The notes under the pieces were generated by a model. The model saw nothing but the letters and a program-made list of their open reading frames with translations. It made no database searches and was not told where the DNA came from. A stretch of 42,002 nucleotides of DNA, from the IMG/VR virus record IMGVR_UViG_3300020148_000037, positions 1 through 42,002 of that record; one strand, 5' to 3'. Position 1 is the first letter of the stretch. Each line of letters opens with the position of its first letter. Position numbers and translations under genes: made by a program. The stretch comes from a virus (Duplodnaviria > Caudoviricetes). Positions 15,244-24,835 of this stretch are shown here, one piece after another.

Positions 15244-16569
15244 ATGACCCTCGCCTTCGCTCCCGAGCGGATCGAGACTTGGCCGCTTGCGCGCCTCGTG
15301 CCCTACGCGAAGAATGCGAAGGTGCATGGCGCGGACCAGGTCGCGAAGATCGCTGCCAGCATGGCCGAGTTCGGCTGGACCGTGCCCTGTCTTGTCGGCG
15401 CGGACGGCGAGTTGATCGCCGGTCACGGCCGCGTGCTGGCTGCCACGCAGCTCGGGCTCACCGAAGCGCCGGTGATCGTGCTGGGCCACCTGACCGAGGC
15501 GCAGCGCCGGGCCTACCGCATCGCGGACAACAAGCTGACCGAACTCGGCACCTGGGACGAGGCGCTGCTGTCGGCGGAGCTGAACAATCTGCTGGCGGAG
15601 GATTTCGACTTGTCACTGGTCGGCTTCTCCGACGGCGAGTTGGACAAGCTGCTGGCCTTCGTGCCGGAGGGGGATGGGGAAGAAGGTGCCGCCGGTGGCT
15701 CCGTGCCACCAGTGACCATCCCCGAACCACCGCGCAATCCGGCCTCGCGGACGGGCGATCTCTGGATCCTCGGGGACCACCGTCTGCTCTGCGGCGACTC
15801 GACCTCCCACAACGATGTGCGCCGCCTGATGAACGGCGAACGGGCGGTGCTGTTCGCCACCGACCCTCCGTATCTGGTCGACTATGATGGCTCGAACCAT
15901 CCGACCCGCAACAAGGACTGGTCCGCGTCCTACGGCACGACCTGGGACGACAGCTCGCAGGGCGCCGAGCTCTACGACGGCTTCATCGCGGCGGCCGTGG
16001 CCGAGGCCATCACGGAGGACGCGGCCTGGTATTGCTGGCACGCCTCGCGCCGCCAGGCGATGCTGGAGGCTTGCTGGGAAAAGGCAGGAGCCTTCGTCCA
16101 CCAGCAGATCATCTGGGTGAAGGACCGCGGGGTTCTGACCCGGTCCCACTATCTCTGGAAGCACGAGCCCTGCTTCATGGGCTGGATCAAGGGCAAGCGC
16201 CCGCCGAAGGTGGCGGAGCAGACGTTGCCTTCGACCTGGGAGATGCCGTCCTTCGCCAAGGACGAGCGGCCCGACCATCCGACGCCGAAACCGCTCGATG
16301 CCTTCGGCATCCCGATGCGTCAGCATGTGGCGCGGGGCGGCCTCTGCTACGAGCCATTCTCTGGCTCCGGCTCGCAGATCATGGCGGGCGAGGCCAATGG
16401 CCGTCGCGTCTTCGCGATGGAAATCAGTCCCGCCTATGTCGATGTCGCCGTGGAGCGCTGGCAGGGCGAGACCGGCCGTGAGGCGATCCTCGACGGCGAC
16501 GGCCGGACGTTTGGAGAGGTGAAGGCCGAGCGGCTGGGCGAAACCTCACATGAGGCAGATGCAGCATGA
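15244..16569 (+). CDS. ParB-like N-terminal domain fused to an N6A/N4C DNA methyltransferase
   Basis: LIAGHGRVLAA and IADNKL (ParB-like); TDPPY, HPTPKP, EPFSGSGS in beta-class motif order. Confidence 0.92.
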   Translation: MTLAFAPERIETWPLARLVPYAKNAKVHGADQVAKIAASMAEFGWTVPCLVGADGELIAGHGRVLAATQLGLTEAPVIVLGHLTEAQRRAYRIADNKLTELGTWDEALLSAELNNLLAEDFDLSLVGFSDGELDKLLAFVPEGDGEEGAAGGSVPPVTIPEPPRNPASRTGDLWILGDHRLLCGDSTSHNDVRRLMNGERAVLFATDPPYLVDYDGSNHPTRNKDWSASYGTTWDDSSQGAELYDGFIAAAVAEAITEDAAWYCWHASRRQAMLEACWEKAGAFVHQQIIWVKDRGVLTRSHYLWKHEPCFMGWIKGKRPPKVAEQTLPSTWEMPSFAKDERPDHPTPKPLDAFGIPMRQHVARGGLCYEPFSGSGSQIMAGEANGRRVFAMEISPAYVDVAVERWQGETGREAILDGDGRTFGEVKAERLGETSHEADAA

Positions 16570-16841
16570 AGCAGTCGCGCCTCATGTCGCTGATCGAAGC
16601 CATCGCCAACGTGGTCGTCGGCTATGGCGTCGCGGTCGCGACCCAGTTGATGGTCTTCCCGTGGTTCGGTCTGCCCGCGCGTCTCGACGACGCGCTGGTG
16701 ATCGGGGCGATCTTCACCGTCGTCTCGATCCTGCGGAGCTTCCTATTGCGGAGGCTGTTCGAGGAAATCCGGGTCGGCGGTCAGTTCCGAGACGGATCCT
16801 CGAAGATGCCGAGCATCTCCTCCACCCAGTCCTCGTCCTAG
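16566..16841 (+). CDS. Small phage membrane protein
   Basis: MKQSRLMSLIEAIANVVVGYGVAV...; two hydrophobic segments; ATGA overlap with the methyltransferase. Confidence 0.75.
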   Translation: MKQSRLMSLIEAIANVVVGYGVAVATQLMVFPWFGLPARLDDALVIGAIFTVVSILRSFLLRRLFEEIRVGGQFRDGSSKMPSISSTQSSS

Positions 16842-17002
16842 CTCCGCATCAGCACGGCCGCGAGAAGCTGGACCAGCCGCGTAACCGGTGCATCCGGCGG
16901 ATTGTCGGGCAGATAGAAGGAGAGCTCGCCCTCGGCGGAGACCACGAGGGCGGACGAGCCCGGAGGCAGGACCGAGCCGTGATCGGTGGAAACATCGGTC
17001 AT
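16781..17002 (-). pseudogene. Small hypothetical gene interrupted by an in-frame TAG
   Basis: MTDVSTDHGSVLPPGSSALVVSAEGELSFYLPDNPPDAPVTRLVQLLAAVLMRS*DEDWVEEMLGIFEDPSRN*; starts 4 nt after the upstream stop; TAG at 16840-16838. Confidence 0.5.
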
Positions 17003-17006
17003 GGCG

Positions 17007-17216
17007 TCACCAGTAATATTTGTGCGGCTTGTGGTTGCCGAGATCCCAGATCAGCGTATCGGGATCGGCGCCATACAGCAGCCGGGTGATCGTCCGGGCG
17101 CTGCGGCGACGGCGCGGACGGCTGTGGAACAGGATGTTCCAGTGCGACGGCGTTCCGTTCGGGAACGCGCCAGTGCTGCGGCTTCTGGTTCGGGATTTCT
17201 TGCGCTTGTAGTTCAT
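17007..17216 (-). CDS. Small, highly basic hypothetical protein (69 aa)
   Basis: MNYKRKKSRTRSR...PSHWNILFHSRPRRRR...HKPHKYYW; GGAGG RBS 7 nt upstream. Confidence 0.7.
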   Translation of the reverse strand: MNYKRKKSRTRSRSTGAFPNGTPSHWNILFHSRPRRRRSARTITRLLYGADPDTLIWDLGNHKPHKYYW

Positions 17217-17280
17217 CATTCGTCCTCCGGAATTTGCAGACATACGAATGCCTGCGGACCGGAGGGCCACGAATGAGGAA
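17212..17280 (-). promoter_or_regulatory. Long stem-loop sequestering the RBS of the basic-protein gene
   Basis: Nested pairings TCATTCGT/ACGAATGA, CCTCCGG/CCGGAGG, GCAGGCAT/ATGTCTGC. Confidence 0.65.
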
Positions 17281-17347
17281 CCAGCGATGAGGGTCAGAGT
17301 CAGGATAATTGTCGCGGGAGCGCGCATATCATGGTGGCGTCGCATCG

Positions 17348-17374
17348 TAAACCACCGCCTCGAAAGGCGGCGGT
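17348..17374 (-). terminator. Intrinsic terminator after the DUF3489 gene
   Basis: Minus strand ACCGCCGCCT-TTCG-AGGCGGTGGT-TT. Confidence 0.6.
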
Positions 17375-17396
17375 ATCTTGTTCGACGCTTCGGCCT

Positions 17397-18017
17397 TCAG
17401 ACAGGCGGAAGCCGGTAGACCCGTCCGCGCCCCTCGATCTTGTCCGAGGTGACTTCGAGGTCGAGCTTCTTCTTCAGCGCCCCGGCCATCGCGCCGCGCA
17501 CCGTGTGCGGTTGCCAGCCAGTGACGGCAACGATCTCGGCAATGGTCGCGCCTTCCGGCGCACGCAGCATGGCGATGAGCGTCGCCTGCTTGGTGCCCTC
17601 GCGACGTGTCCGCGCCTTTGCGCCAGCGGGCGCCGTGGGCGCGCTGTCAGGCGTGGTGGCGTCATGGTCCGCGCTGCCCACTGAGGCGTCCGTGTCGCCA
17701 GCTGTGGTGGAACGGGACGCGTCCGGTTCGGATGGCTCGTCGGGTGCAATGCCGATGGCGGCAAGGCCCGCGTCGGTGATGACCAGCGTGACGCCGTGAC
17801 CGTCGCCGGCCTCGCGCCAGACCGGATCACTCAGATGCGGCTGGAAGGCGATGCGGCGAGCTTCGACCTCCTCGAGCAGGCCCTTCGCAATCATGGTGTC
17901 GATCACCTTGGTGGCGGCGCCGCCCTTCAGATTGGCCGGCAGCGGCAGGGCAATGCGATCGTCGCGCTGGGCGGCGGCGCTGAGAATGATGAGTTGGGTA
18001 TCGGAAAGTTGAGCCAT
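17397..18017 (-). CDS. DUF3489-like winged-helix protein
   Basis: LSDTQLIILSAAAQR N-terminus; REGTKQATLIAMLRAPEGATIAEI...GWQPHTVRGAMAGALKKK...RVYRL; GGAGG RBS. Confidence 0.87.
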   Translation of the reverse strand: MAQLSDTQLIILSAAAQRDDRIALPLPANLKGGAATKVIDTMIAKGLLEEVEARRIAFQPHLSDPVWREAGDGHGVTLVITDAGLAAIGIAPDEPSEPDASRSTTAGDTDASVGSADHDATTPDSAPTAPAGAKARTRREGTKQATLIAMLRAPEGATIAEIVAVTGWQPHTVRGAMAGALKKKLDLEVTSDKIEGRGRVYRLPPV

Positions 18018-18105
18018 GGTGGCCTCCGTATTCGGGCGCGCGGGATGCGGCCCTTCTACGAGGCCAGACCCGCCAGTCGGCGGGCGAGGCCGGCGAACGT
18101 TGGTG

Positions 18106-18318
18106 CTACTCGGCGTATTCGCCTTCATGGAAGGCGCTATCGCAGATCTCGCGCAGCCTGGCGCGGTAGTGGTCCAGCGTGCCGACATGGCCCCAGTTGA
18201 TCTGGTCGGGGTCTGTATTGAAATGGTCGTCGCTCAACGCCTGCAAGCGGGTGAGTATGTCGTCGATCTCGAGCTTGGCGGAAATGAAGGCGTCGATGGC
18301 GGTTCTGGCGTTCGTCAT
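18106..18318 (-). CDS. Small phage hypothetical protein (70 aa)
   Basis: AIDAFISAKLEIDDILTRLQALSDDHF...INWGHVGTL; AAGGA RBS. Confidence 0.75.
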   Translation of the reverse strand: MTNARTAIDAFISAKLEIDDILTRLQALSDDHFNTDPDQINWGHVGTLDHYRARLREICDSAFHEGEYAE

Positions 18319-18437
18319 GGCATGGTCCTTTCTGTTCGTGCACACACTCATGCTCGGATCGTCGGGATCATTAACTGAATAAGTCGATCATTTTGTTGCT
18401 GTTTTCGCGTCAACGGTGAGCCGGAGAAAGAGTGCAC

Positions 18438-18998
18438 ATGCAGGGCATGAGCGAGCGCCAGTATGCCGCCCATGCCGGCCTGTCGCGGGGCGCGATCCAG
18501 AAGGCGAAGACGGCGGCACGACTGGTTCTTTATCCGGATGGCAGCATCGATGCGGCGGCTTCCGACCGGCGTCGGGCGGAGACGATCGACCCATCGAAGA
18601 CCCGCAAACCGCCAGCGCCGAAATTGAAGCCCGTGCCCGAGGCGGCGGTAGCTGCCGTGGGCGACACGTTGCGCGAACAGGGGCTGACGGCTCCGGCGGT
18701 CGGCGGTGGCACGACCTTCCTGCAGGCCAGGACCGCAAACGAGGTGCTGAAGGCGCAGGAGCGGCGCATCCGGCTCCAGAAGCTGAAGGGAGAACTGATC
18801 GACCGCAGCCGGGCCACCCTGCTGGTCTTCCGGCTGGCGCGAGAGGAACGGGACGCATGGGTGAACTGGCCGGCACGAGCAGCGGCGCTGATGGCGGCCG
18901 AGCTGGGGCTGGAGCCGTCGACGATGCAGAAGGCTCTGGAGAAACATGTACGCGCCCACCTCGACGAACTCGCCGAGGTCCGACCCGACTTCCGATGA
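18438..18998 (+). CDS. Terminase small subunit (Nu1-like)
   Basis: N-terminal HTH (MSERQYAAHAGLSRGAIQKA), coiled region ending LKGELIDR; directly before the GpA-type terminase. Confidence 0.8.
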   Translation: MQGMSERQYAAHAGLSRGAIQKAKTAARLVLYPDGSIDAAASDRRRAETIDPSKTRKPPAPKLKPVPEAAVAAVGDTLREQGLTAPAVGGGTTFLQARTANEVLKAQERRIRLQKLKGELIDRSRATLLVFRLAREERDAWVNWPARAAALMAAELGLEPSTMQKALEKHVRAHLDELAEVRPDFR

Positions 18999-20961
18999 CG
19001 GTGAGCATGGTGACAACGGCCTGACCGAATTCGATGGCGCGGCGGACATCCTTCGCGCCTGGAGCACTGGTCTCACACCCGATCCGGACCTGACAGTCTC
19101 GCAATGGGCCGACCGCCATCGCCGGTTGTCGTCGCGCGCCTCGGCAGAGCCGGGACGGTATCGAACACAGCGCACGCCCTACATGCGCGAGATCATGGAC
19201 AAGCTGTCGCCGGGCGACCCGGCGCAGCGCGTCGTGTTCATGAAGGCGGCGCAGGTCGGCGCGACCGAGGCCGGCAACAACTGGATCGGCTTCGTCATTC
19301 ATCAGGCGCCAGGCCCGATGCTTGCGGTCCAGCCGACGGTCGAACTGGCCAAGCGCAATTCTCGCCAGCGGATCGACCCGCTGATCGAGGAAAGCCCGGA
19401 GCTGCAGGAGAAAGTCAAACCAGCCCGGTCCCGCGACGCGGGCAATACCATACTGTCCAAGGAGTTCGCGGGCGGCATCCTGATCATGACCGGGGCGAAC
19501 TCGGCGGTCGGGCTGCGGTCGACCCCGGCGCGTTACATCTTCCTCGACGAGGTCGATGCCTATCCGGCATCGGCCGACGAGGAAGGCGATCCGGTCACGC
19601 TGGCCGAAGCCCGGTCGCTGACCTTCGCCCATCGGCGCAAGGTGCTTCTGGTCTCGACGCCGACGATCCGGGGTTTGAGCCGGATCGAGCGGGAATACGA
19701 GGCCAGCGATCAGCGCCGGTTCTTCGTGCCGTGTCCGCATTGCGGCGCGATGCAGTGGCTGAAGTTCGACCGGCTGCGCTGGCAGAAGGGCAAGCCGGAA
19801 ACGGCGGAATACATCTGTGAGGGCTGCGATGCGCCAATCGCCGAGCACCACAAGACGGCGATGCTGGAAGGTGGCGAATGGCGGGCCACCAGCACCTCGG
19901 CCGATCCACGGACGGTCGGGTACCACCTCTCGGCGCTCTATTCGCCAGTGGGCTGGATGAGCTGGATGCAGATTGCGAGAAGCTGGGAGGCCGCTCAGGG
20001 GTCGGATGAAGCGATCAAGGCGTTCCGCAACACGATCCTCGGCGAGACATGGGTCGAGACCGGCGAAGCGCCCGACTGGCAGCAGCTTTACGACCGCCGC
20101 GAGGCGTGGAAGCCGGGCACCATTCCGACGGGCGGGTTGTTCCTGACGGCCGGAGCGGATGTGCAGAAGGACCGGATCGAGATTGATGTCTGGGCCTGGG
20201 GCCGTGGCCTCGAAAGCTGGCTCGTCGATCACGTCGTGGTCGAGGGTGGGCCGGATCGGCACGACGCCTGGTCGGAGCTGACGGCGCTGCTGGACCGAAG
20301 CTGGCCGCATGAACGCGGCACGCATCTTCGGATCGCGCGGCTCGCCATCGACACCGGGTACGAGGCTCCGGCGGTCTATGCCTGGTCGCGGGCGCAGGGC
20401 TTCGCGCAGGTGTCGCCGGTGAAGGGCGTCGAGGGGTTCAACCGTTCGAGCCCGGTCTCGGGTCCGACGTTTGTCGATGCCACCGAGGGCGGCAAGCGGC
20501 TGCGGCGCGGGGCGCGGCTCTGGACCGTGGCGGTGTCGACCTTCAAGGCCGAGACCTACCGCTTCCTGCGGCTGACGCGGCCGACCGAGGAGGACATTGC
20601 CAATGGGGCGGCGTTCCCACCCGGCTCGGTGCATCTGCCGCATTGGGTCGAGAACGAATGGCTGAAGCAGTTTGTCGCCGAGCAACTGGTGACAGTCCGC
20701 ACAAAACGCGGCTTCGCGAAGCTCGAATGGCAGAAGCTGCGCGAGCGCAATGAGGCGCTGGATTGCCGTGTCTATGCCCGCGCCGCCACCTGGATTGCGG
20801 GCGCGGACCGCTGGCCTGACGAGAAATGGCGCGACCTCGAGGATCAGCTCGGGGCAGCCCCAACCGAAAACGATCCCGCCGGGCAGATCAACAGACCCGG
20901 ACAGGCCCCGCAGGGCAAGCGCCGTTCCGACTGGCTCGGGCGGCGCGGGGATTGGTTCTGA
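18946..20961 (+). CDS. Terminase large subunit, lambda GpA family
   Basis: VSQWADRHR, FMKAAQVGATE, YIFLDEVD, STPT, CPHC, GADVQ, NEALDC; GGAG RBS before ATG 18946. Confidence 0.95.
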   Translation: MYAPTSTNSPRSDPTSDDGEHGDNGLTEFDGAADILRAWSTGLTPDPDLTVSQWADRHRRLSSRASAEPGRYRTQRTPYMREIMDKLSPGDPAQRVVFMKAAQVGATEAGNNWIGFVIHQAPGPMLAVQPTVELAKRNSRQRIDPLIEESPELQEKVKPARSRDAGNTILSKEFAGGILIMTGANSAVGLRSTPARYIFLDEVDAYPASADEEGDPVTLAEARSLTFAHRRKVLLVSTPTIRGLSRIEREYEASDQRRFFVPCPHCGAMQWLKFDRLRWQKGKPETAEYICEGCDAPIAEHHKTAMLEGGEWRATSTSADPRTVGYHLSALYSPVGWMSWMQIARSWEAAQGSDEAIKAFRNTILGETWVETGEAPDWQQLYDRREAWKPGTIPTGGLFLTAGADVQKDRIEIDVWAWGRGLESWLVDHVVVEGGPDRHDAWSELTALLDRSWPHERGTHLRIARLAIDTGYEAPAVYAWSRAQGFAQVSPVKGVEGFNRSSPVSGPTFVDATEGGKRLRRGARLWTVAVSTFKAETYRFLRLTRPTEEDIANGAAFPPGSVHLPHWVENEWLKQFVAEQLVTVRTKRGFAKLEWQKLRERNEALDCRVYARAATWIAGADRWPDEKWRDLEDQLGAAPTENDPAGQINRPGQAPQGKRRSDWLGRRGDWF

Positions 20962-21005
20962 ACCGATGACGTGGCCGCGTGGCGGCAACCGGAGAAGACG
21001 ACACA

Positions 21006-21215
21006 ATGACCGACTGGACGGAAACCGAACTCTCGGCGCTGCGCCGGGCCTATGCCAGCGGCACGACGCGGGTCAGCTATGACGGCAAGTCGGTAGACTA
21101 TGGCTCGGCCGAGGATCTGCTCGCCCGCATCCGCACCATCGAGCGCGCCATCGCGGGAACGTCTCGGCCACTGCCGGTCGCCGGTCTGGCTGGCTTCTCG
21201 CGCGGAGATCGATGA
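21006..21215 (+). CDS. gpW-like head-tail joining protein
   Basis: 69 aa between terminase and portal; GTTRVSYDGKSVDY. Confidence 0.85.
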   Translation: MTDWTETELSALRRAYASGTTRVSYDGKSVDYGSAEDLLARIRTIERAIAGTSRPLPVAGLAGFSRGDR

Positions 21216-22711
21216 TGCCCGCCAACTGGATGGACCATACCATCGCCACGGTCGCCCCGCGCATGGCCGCCCGCCGCGTGCTGGCGCGACAGGCCTTCGA
21301 GACCCTGACGCGGGGATACGATGGGGCCGCGCGCGGGCGGCGGACGGAGGGCTGGCGTGCGCCGGGATCCTCGGCCGACACCGAGATCGGTGTGGCCAGG
21401 GCGCTGCTGCGCGACCGGATGCGGGACCTGGTGCGCAACAACCCGCATGCCGCGAAAGCCGTGGCGGTGCTGGTCAACAACATCATCGGTGCGGGCATCA
21501 TGCCCCGCGCCGCGAGCGGCGACGACAGGCTGGACCGGAAGGTCGACGCGCTGTTCGAACGCTGGACGGCGGAGTGCGATGTCGACGGCCAGCTCGACTT
21601 CTACGGGCTGCAGACGCTGATCTGCCGCGAGATGGTCGAGGCGGGCGAGGTGCTGGTGCGCCGCCGCCTGCGCCGGGCGAGCGACGGTCTGCTGGTGCCG
21701 CTGCAATTGCAGGTGCTGGAAGCGGACTTCCTCGACGCCACGAAATCCGGCGCCATCGGCGCGGGACGTCTGGTCCAGGGGATCGAGTTCGACCCGGTCG
21801 GCAAGCGCCGGGCCTACTGGCTCCATGCAGAACACCCCGGCGACGCCTACGGGGCCTTGCAGAACGGGTTGCAGAGCCGCCCGGTCCCGGCGACAGAGAT
21901 CGCCCATGTCTACGAGAAGCAGCGCACGCAGGCGCGCGGCGTGCCCTGGGGCGCGCCGGTGATCCGCAGTCTGCGTGATCTCGACGATTACGAGGTGGCG
22001 GAACTCGTCCGCAAGAAGACCGAGGCCTGCGTCACCGCCATCGTCTTCGGCGACGACGAGGCTCAGCAGGGGATCGCGCCCGCCGTGGTCGATGCCGATG
22101 GCAACCGGGTCGAGCAGTTCGAGCCGGGGCTGATCGCCTATGCGCGGGGTGGCAAAGACATCCGCTTCAACCAGCCCGCCGCCACCGGCGGCTATGGCGA
22201 ATACAAGCGCGCCAGCCTGCACACGATCTCGGCCGGGTTCCGCGTGCCCTACGAGCTGCTGACCGGCGATCTCAGCCAGGTCAACTATTCCTCGATCCGC
22301 GCCGGGCTCGTCGAGTTCCGCCGCCAGATCGATGCCGTGCAGTGGCAGCTGTTCATTCCGATGTTCTGCGCACCCGTCTGGCGCTGGTTCACGGAAGCGG
22401 CGTGGGCGGCGGGGCAGATCCCGTCGCCGGATGTACCGGTGGAATGGTCGCCGCCGAAGTTCGATGCCGTCGACCCCTACAAGGATGCGATGGCCGACCT
22501 GCTGGCGATCCGCTCGGGCACCATGACGTTGGCACAAGCCATCTCGCGGCAGGGTTACAGCCCCGACGCGGTGCTCGAGGAAATCGCCGCCACCAACGCC
22601 AGGCTCGACGAACTGGGCCTCGTCCTCGACAGCGACCCGCGCCGCGTCACCAAGACCGGCAGCGCGCAGACGGTCGATCCGACGGCCAGCACCGACACGG
22701 AAACCGACTGA
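21212..22711 (+). CDS. Portal protein, lambda family
   Basis: RDLVRNN, GIEFD, QARGVPW, LTGDLSQVNYSSIRAG. Confidence 0.95.
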   Translation: MMPANWMDHTIATVAPRMAARRVLARQAFETLTRGYDGAARGRRTEGWRAPGSSADTEIGVARALLRDRMRDLVRNNPHAAKAVAVLVNNIIGAGIMPRAASGDDRLDRKVDALFERWTAECDVDGQLDFYGLQTLICREMVEAGEVLVRRRLRRASDGLLVPLQLQVLEADFLDATKSGAIGAGRLVQGIEFDPVGKRRAYWLHAEHPGDAYGALQNGLQSRPVPATEIAHVYEKQRTQARGVPWGAPVIRSLRDLDDYEVAELVRKKTEACVTAIVFGDDEAQQGIAPAVVDADGNRVEQFEPGLIAYARGGKDIRFNQPAATGGYGEYKRASLHTISAGFRVPYELLTGDLSQVNYSSIRAGLVEFRRQIDAVQWQLFIPMFCAPVWRWFTEAAWAAGQIPSPDVPVEWSPPKFDAVDPYKDAMADLLAIRSGTMTLAQAISRQGYSPDAVLEEIAATNARLDELGLVLDSDPRRVTKTGSAQTVDPTASTDTETD

Positions 22712-22747
22712 GGCCGCAAGCCGAAACCGACCAACAGGAGAAGGGTC

Positions 22748-24799
22748 ATGCCCGACACCATCATGCCCGCGCCGGCTTCGCTGCCGATGCAGACGCGGCG
22801 AGAACCCATTGCGCCATCGTCCGTCAATCCCGAGACACGCTCCGTCGATGTCGTCTTCACCACCGGCGCGGCCGTCCGTCGTCGTCGCTGGACCGGTTGG
22901 GACACCTCCGTTCCCTTCGACGAGATCCTCGAGGTCAGCGAGCGCGCCGTTGATCTGTCGCGCCTCAATGCCGGGGCACCGGCGCTCGACAGCCATTCGG
23001 TCTGGTCGTCTTTCTCGCAGGTGGGCGTCGTCGAACGCGCCTGGATCGAGGGCGAGGAAGGCAAGGCCACGATCCGCTTCCCGCGCGAAGGGCTGGATCA
23101 GGCGGCCGACCGCATGTTCGGCCTGATCAGCGACGGCATCATCCGCAATGTCTCGGTCGGCTATTCGATCGACCGCGCCAAGGTCGTCGAGGCCGAGAAG
23201 AAGGGCGAGGTCGAAAAGCGCATCGTCGAGCGCTGGACGCCGCTCGAGGTCAGCTTCGTCACCGTTCCCGCCGATCCGCGTGCGCAGGTGCGTGCCGCCG
23301 ACCAGACCAGCTATCCGATCGAAATCATCGCAACCCGCTCGAACAAGGAGGCCTTTATGCCCGAGAGCAAAACTGTCGCAGCGGGAGATGACCCCGCCAT
23401 CACCGAAACCCGCAACCCGCCCATTGCGACTGCGACACCGGACAAACCCGATGCGGCCGAGGTCCGTGACCAGCCGAAGACGCCGGCAAAGGCCGATATG
23501 CCCGATACCGAGGCCGTCGCCACCCGCGCTCGCGAGGTCGAGCGTGACCGGGTCTCGACCATCTATGATCTGGCCAACCGCCTGAACCTCGAGCGCGGCT
23601 TCGCCGAGGATCTGGTCAAGCGCGGCATCAGCGTCGACGAGTCCCGCCGCCTGATTCTCGACCAGGTCGCCACCAAATCCGACGAGACCCGGACCTTCGG
23701 CCAAGTCTCCGTCCCGCTCGGCGGCCGCGACGAGCTCGTCACCCGCCGCGATGCGGTGGCGAATGCGCTGCTGCATCGCTACAGCCCGACGCTGTTCCCG
23801 CTCGAGGATGCCGCGCGCCAGTATCGCGGCATGACGCTGCTGGAACTGGCCCGCGAAAGCCTCGGCAATGCCGGCGTGAACACGCGGGGTCTGTCGCGCG
23901 ACGAGGTGGCGACGCGGGCGCTGCACTCGACCTCGGACTTTCCCGAGATCCTCTCAGCGGTTACCAACAAGACCCTGCGGCAGGCCTATGACGCCTATCC
24001 CCGTACATTTGCTCTCTTCTGCCGCCAGGTGCTCGCCACCGACTTCAAGGCGATGCACCGCGTCCAGCTCGGCGAGGCGCCTCAGCTTCTGGAAGTCGGT
24101 GAGAGCGGCGAGTTCAAGCGCGGCACGCTCGGCGAGAGCAAGGAGAGCTACAAGGTCAAGACCTATGGCCGAGTGGTCGCCATCACCCGCCAGACGCTGA
24201 TAAACGACGATCTCGACGCCTTCACCCGGATCCCGGCGATGTACGGCAACTCCATCGCCCAGCTGGAGTCGGACGTGGTCTGGGGCATCATCACCTCGAA
24301 CCCGGCCATGGCCGACGGCACGGCGCTGTTCCATGCCAACCACAGGAACCTTGCCGGCACGGGTGCTGCGCTCGACGTCACCAGCGTCGGTGCGGCCCGC
24401 GCCGCGATGGCGAAACAGACCGGTCTCGACAAGAAGACGGTGCTCAACATCCGTCCCGCCTTCCTGATCGTCCCTGCCTCGCTCGAACTGAAGGCCGAGC
24501 AGCTGGTCGCCCAGAACCTCGTGCCGGCGCAGAGCGGGAATGTCGTGCCGCAATCGATCCGCACGCTGGCGCCGATCAGCGAGCCCCGGCTCGATGCCGC
24601 CAGCGAAACCGCCTGGTATCTGGCGGCGAGCCCGAACCAGATCGACACCATCGAATACGCCTATCTGGAAGGACAACAGGGCGCCTACATCGAGACCCGC
24701 AATGGCTTCGATGTCGATGGCGTCGAGATCAAGTGCCGCCTCGACTTTGGCGCCAAGGCCATCGACTGGCGCGGCCTCTACAAAAATCCCGGGGCATGA
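22748..24799 (+). CDS. Prohead protease / scaffold / major capsid fusion protein
   Basis: N-terminal protease (LDSH, VSVGY, EVSFVTVPAD); C-terminal capsid (HSTSDFP, TYGR...ITRQTLINDDL, DFGAKAIDWRG). Confidence 0.92.
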   Translation: MPDTIMPAPASLPMQTRREPIAPSSVNPETRSVDVVFTTGAAVRRRRWTGWDTSVPFDEILEVSERAVDLSRLNAGAPALDSHSVWSSFSQVGVVERAWIEGEEGKATIRFPREGLDQAADRMFGLISDGIIRNVSVGYSIDRAKVVEAEKKGEVEKRIVERWTPLEVSFVTVPADPRAQVRAADQTSYPIEIIATRSNKEAFMPESKTVAAGDDPAITETRNPPIATATPDKPDAAEVRDQPKTPAKADMPDTEAVATRAREVERDRVSTIYDLANRLNLERGFAEDLVKRGISVDESRRLILDQVATKSDETRTFGQVSVPLGGRDELVTRRDAVANALLHRYSPTLFPLEDAARQYRGMTLLELARESLGNAGVNTRGLSRDEVATRALHSTSDFPEILSAVTNKTLRQAYDAYPRTFALFCRQVLATDFKAMHRVQLGEAPQLLEVGESGEFKRGTLGESKESYKVKTYGRVVAITRQTLINDDLDAFTRIPAMYGNSIAQLESDVVWGIITSNPAMADGTALFHANHRNLAGTGAALDVTSVGAARAAMAKQTGLDKKTVLNIRPAFLIVPASLELKAEQLVAQNLVPAQSGNVVPQSIRTLAPISEPRLDAASETAWYLAASPNQIDTIEYAYLEGQQGAYIETRNGFDVDGVEIKCRLDFGAKAIDWRGLYKNPGA

Positions 24800-24835
24800 G
24801 CCGCCGGAAATTCTCTCCATGAACCCGAACCTGCG

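Noticed and set aside
18388-23926. Long minus-strand ORFs of 872 and 942 aa
   Set aside because: Opposite terminase, portal and capsid genes; no motifs or RBS; typical high-GC shadow frames
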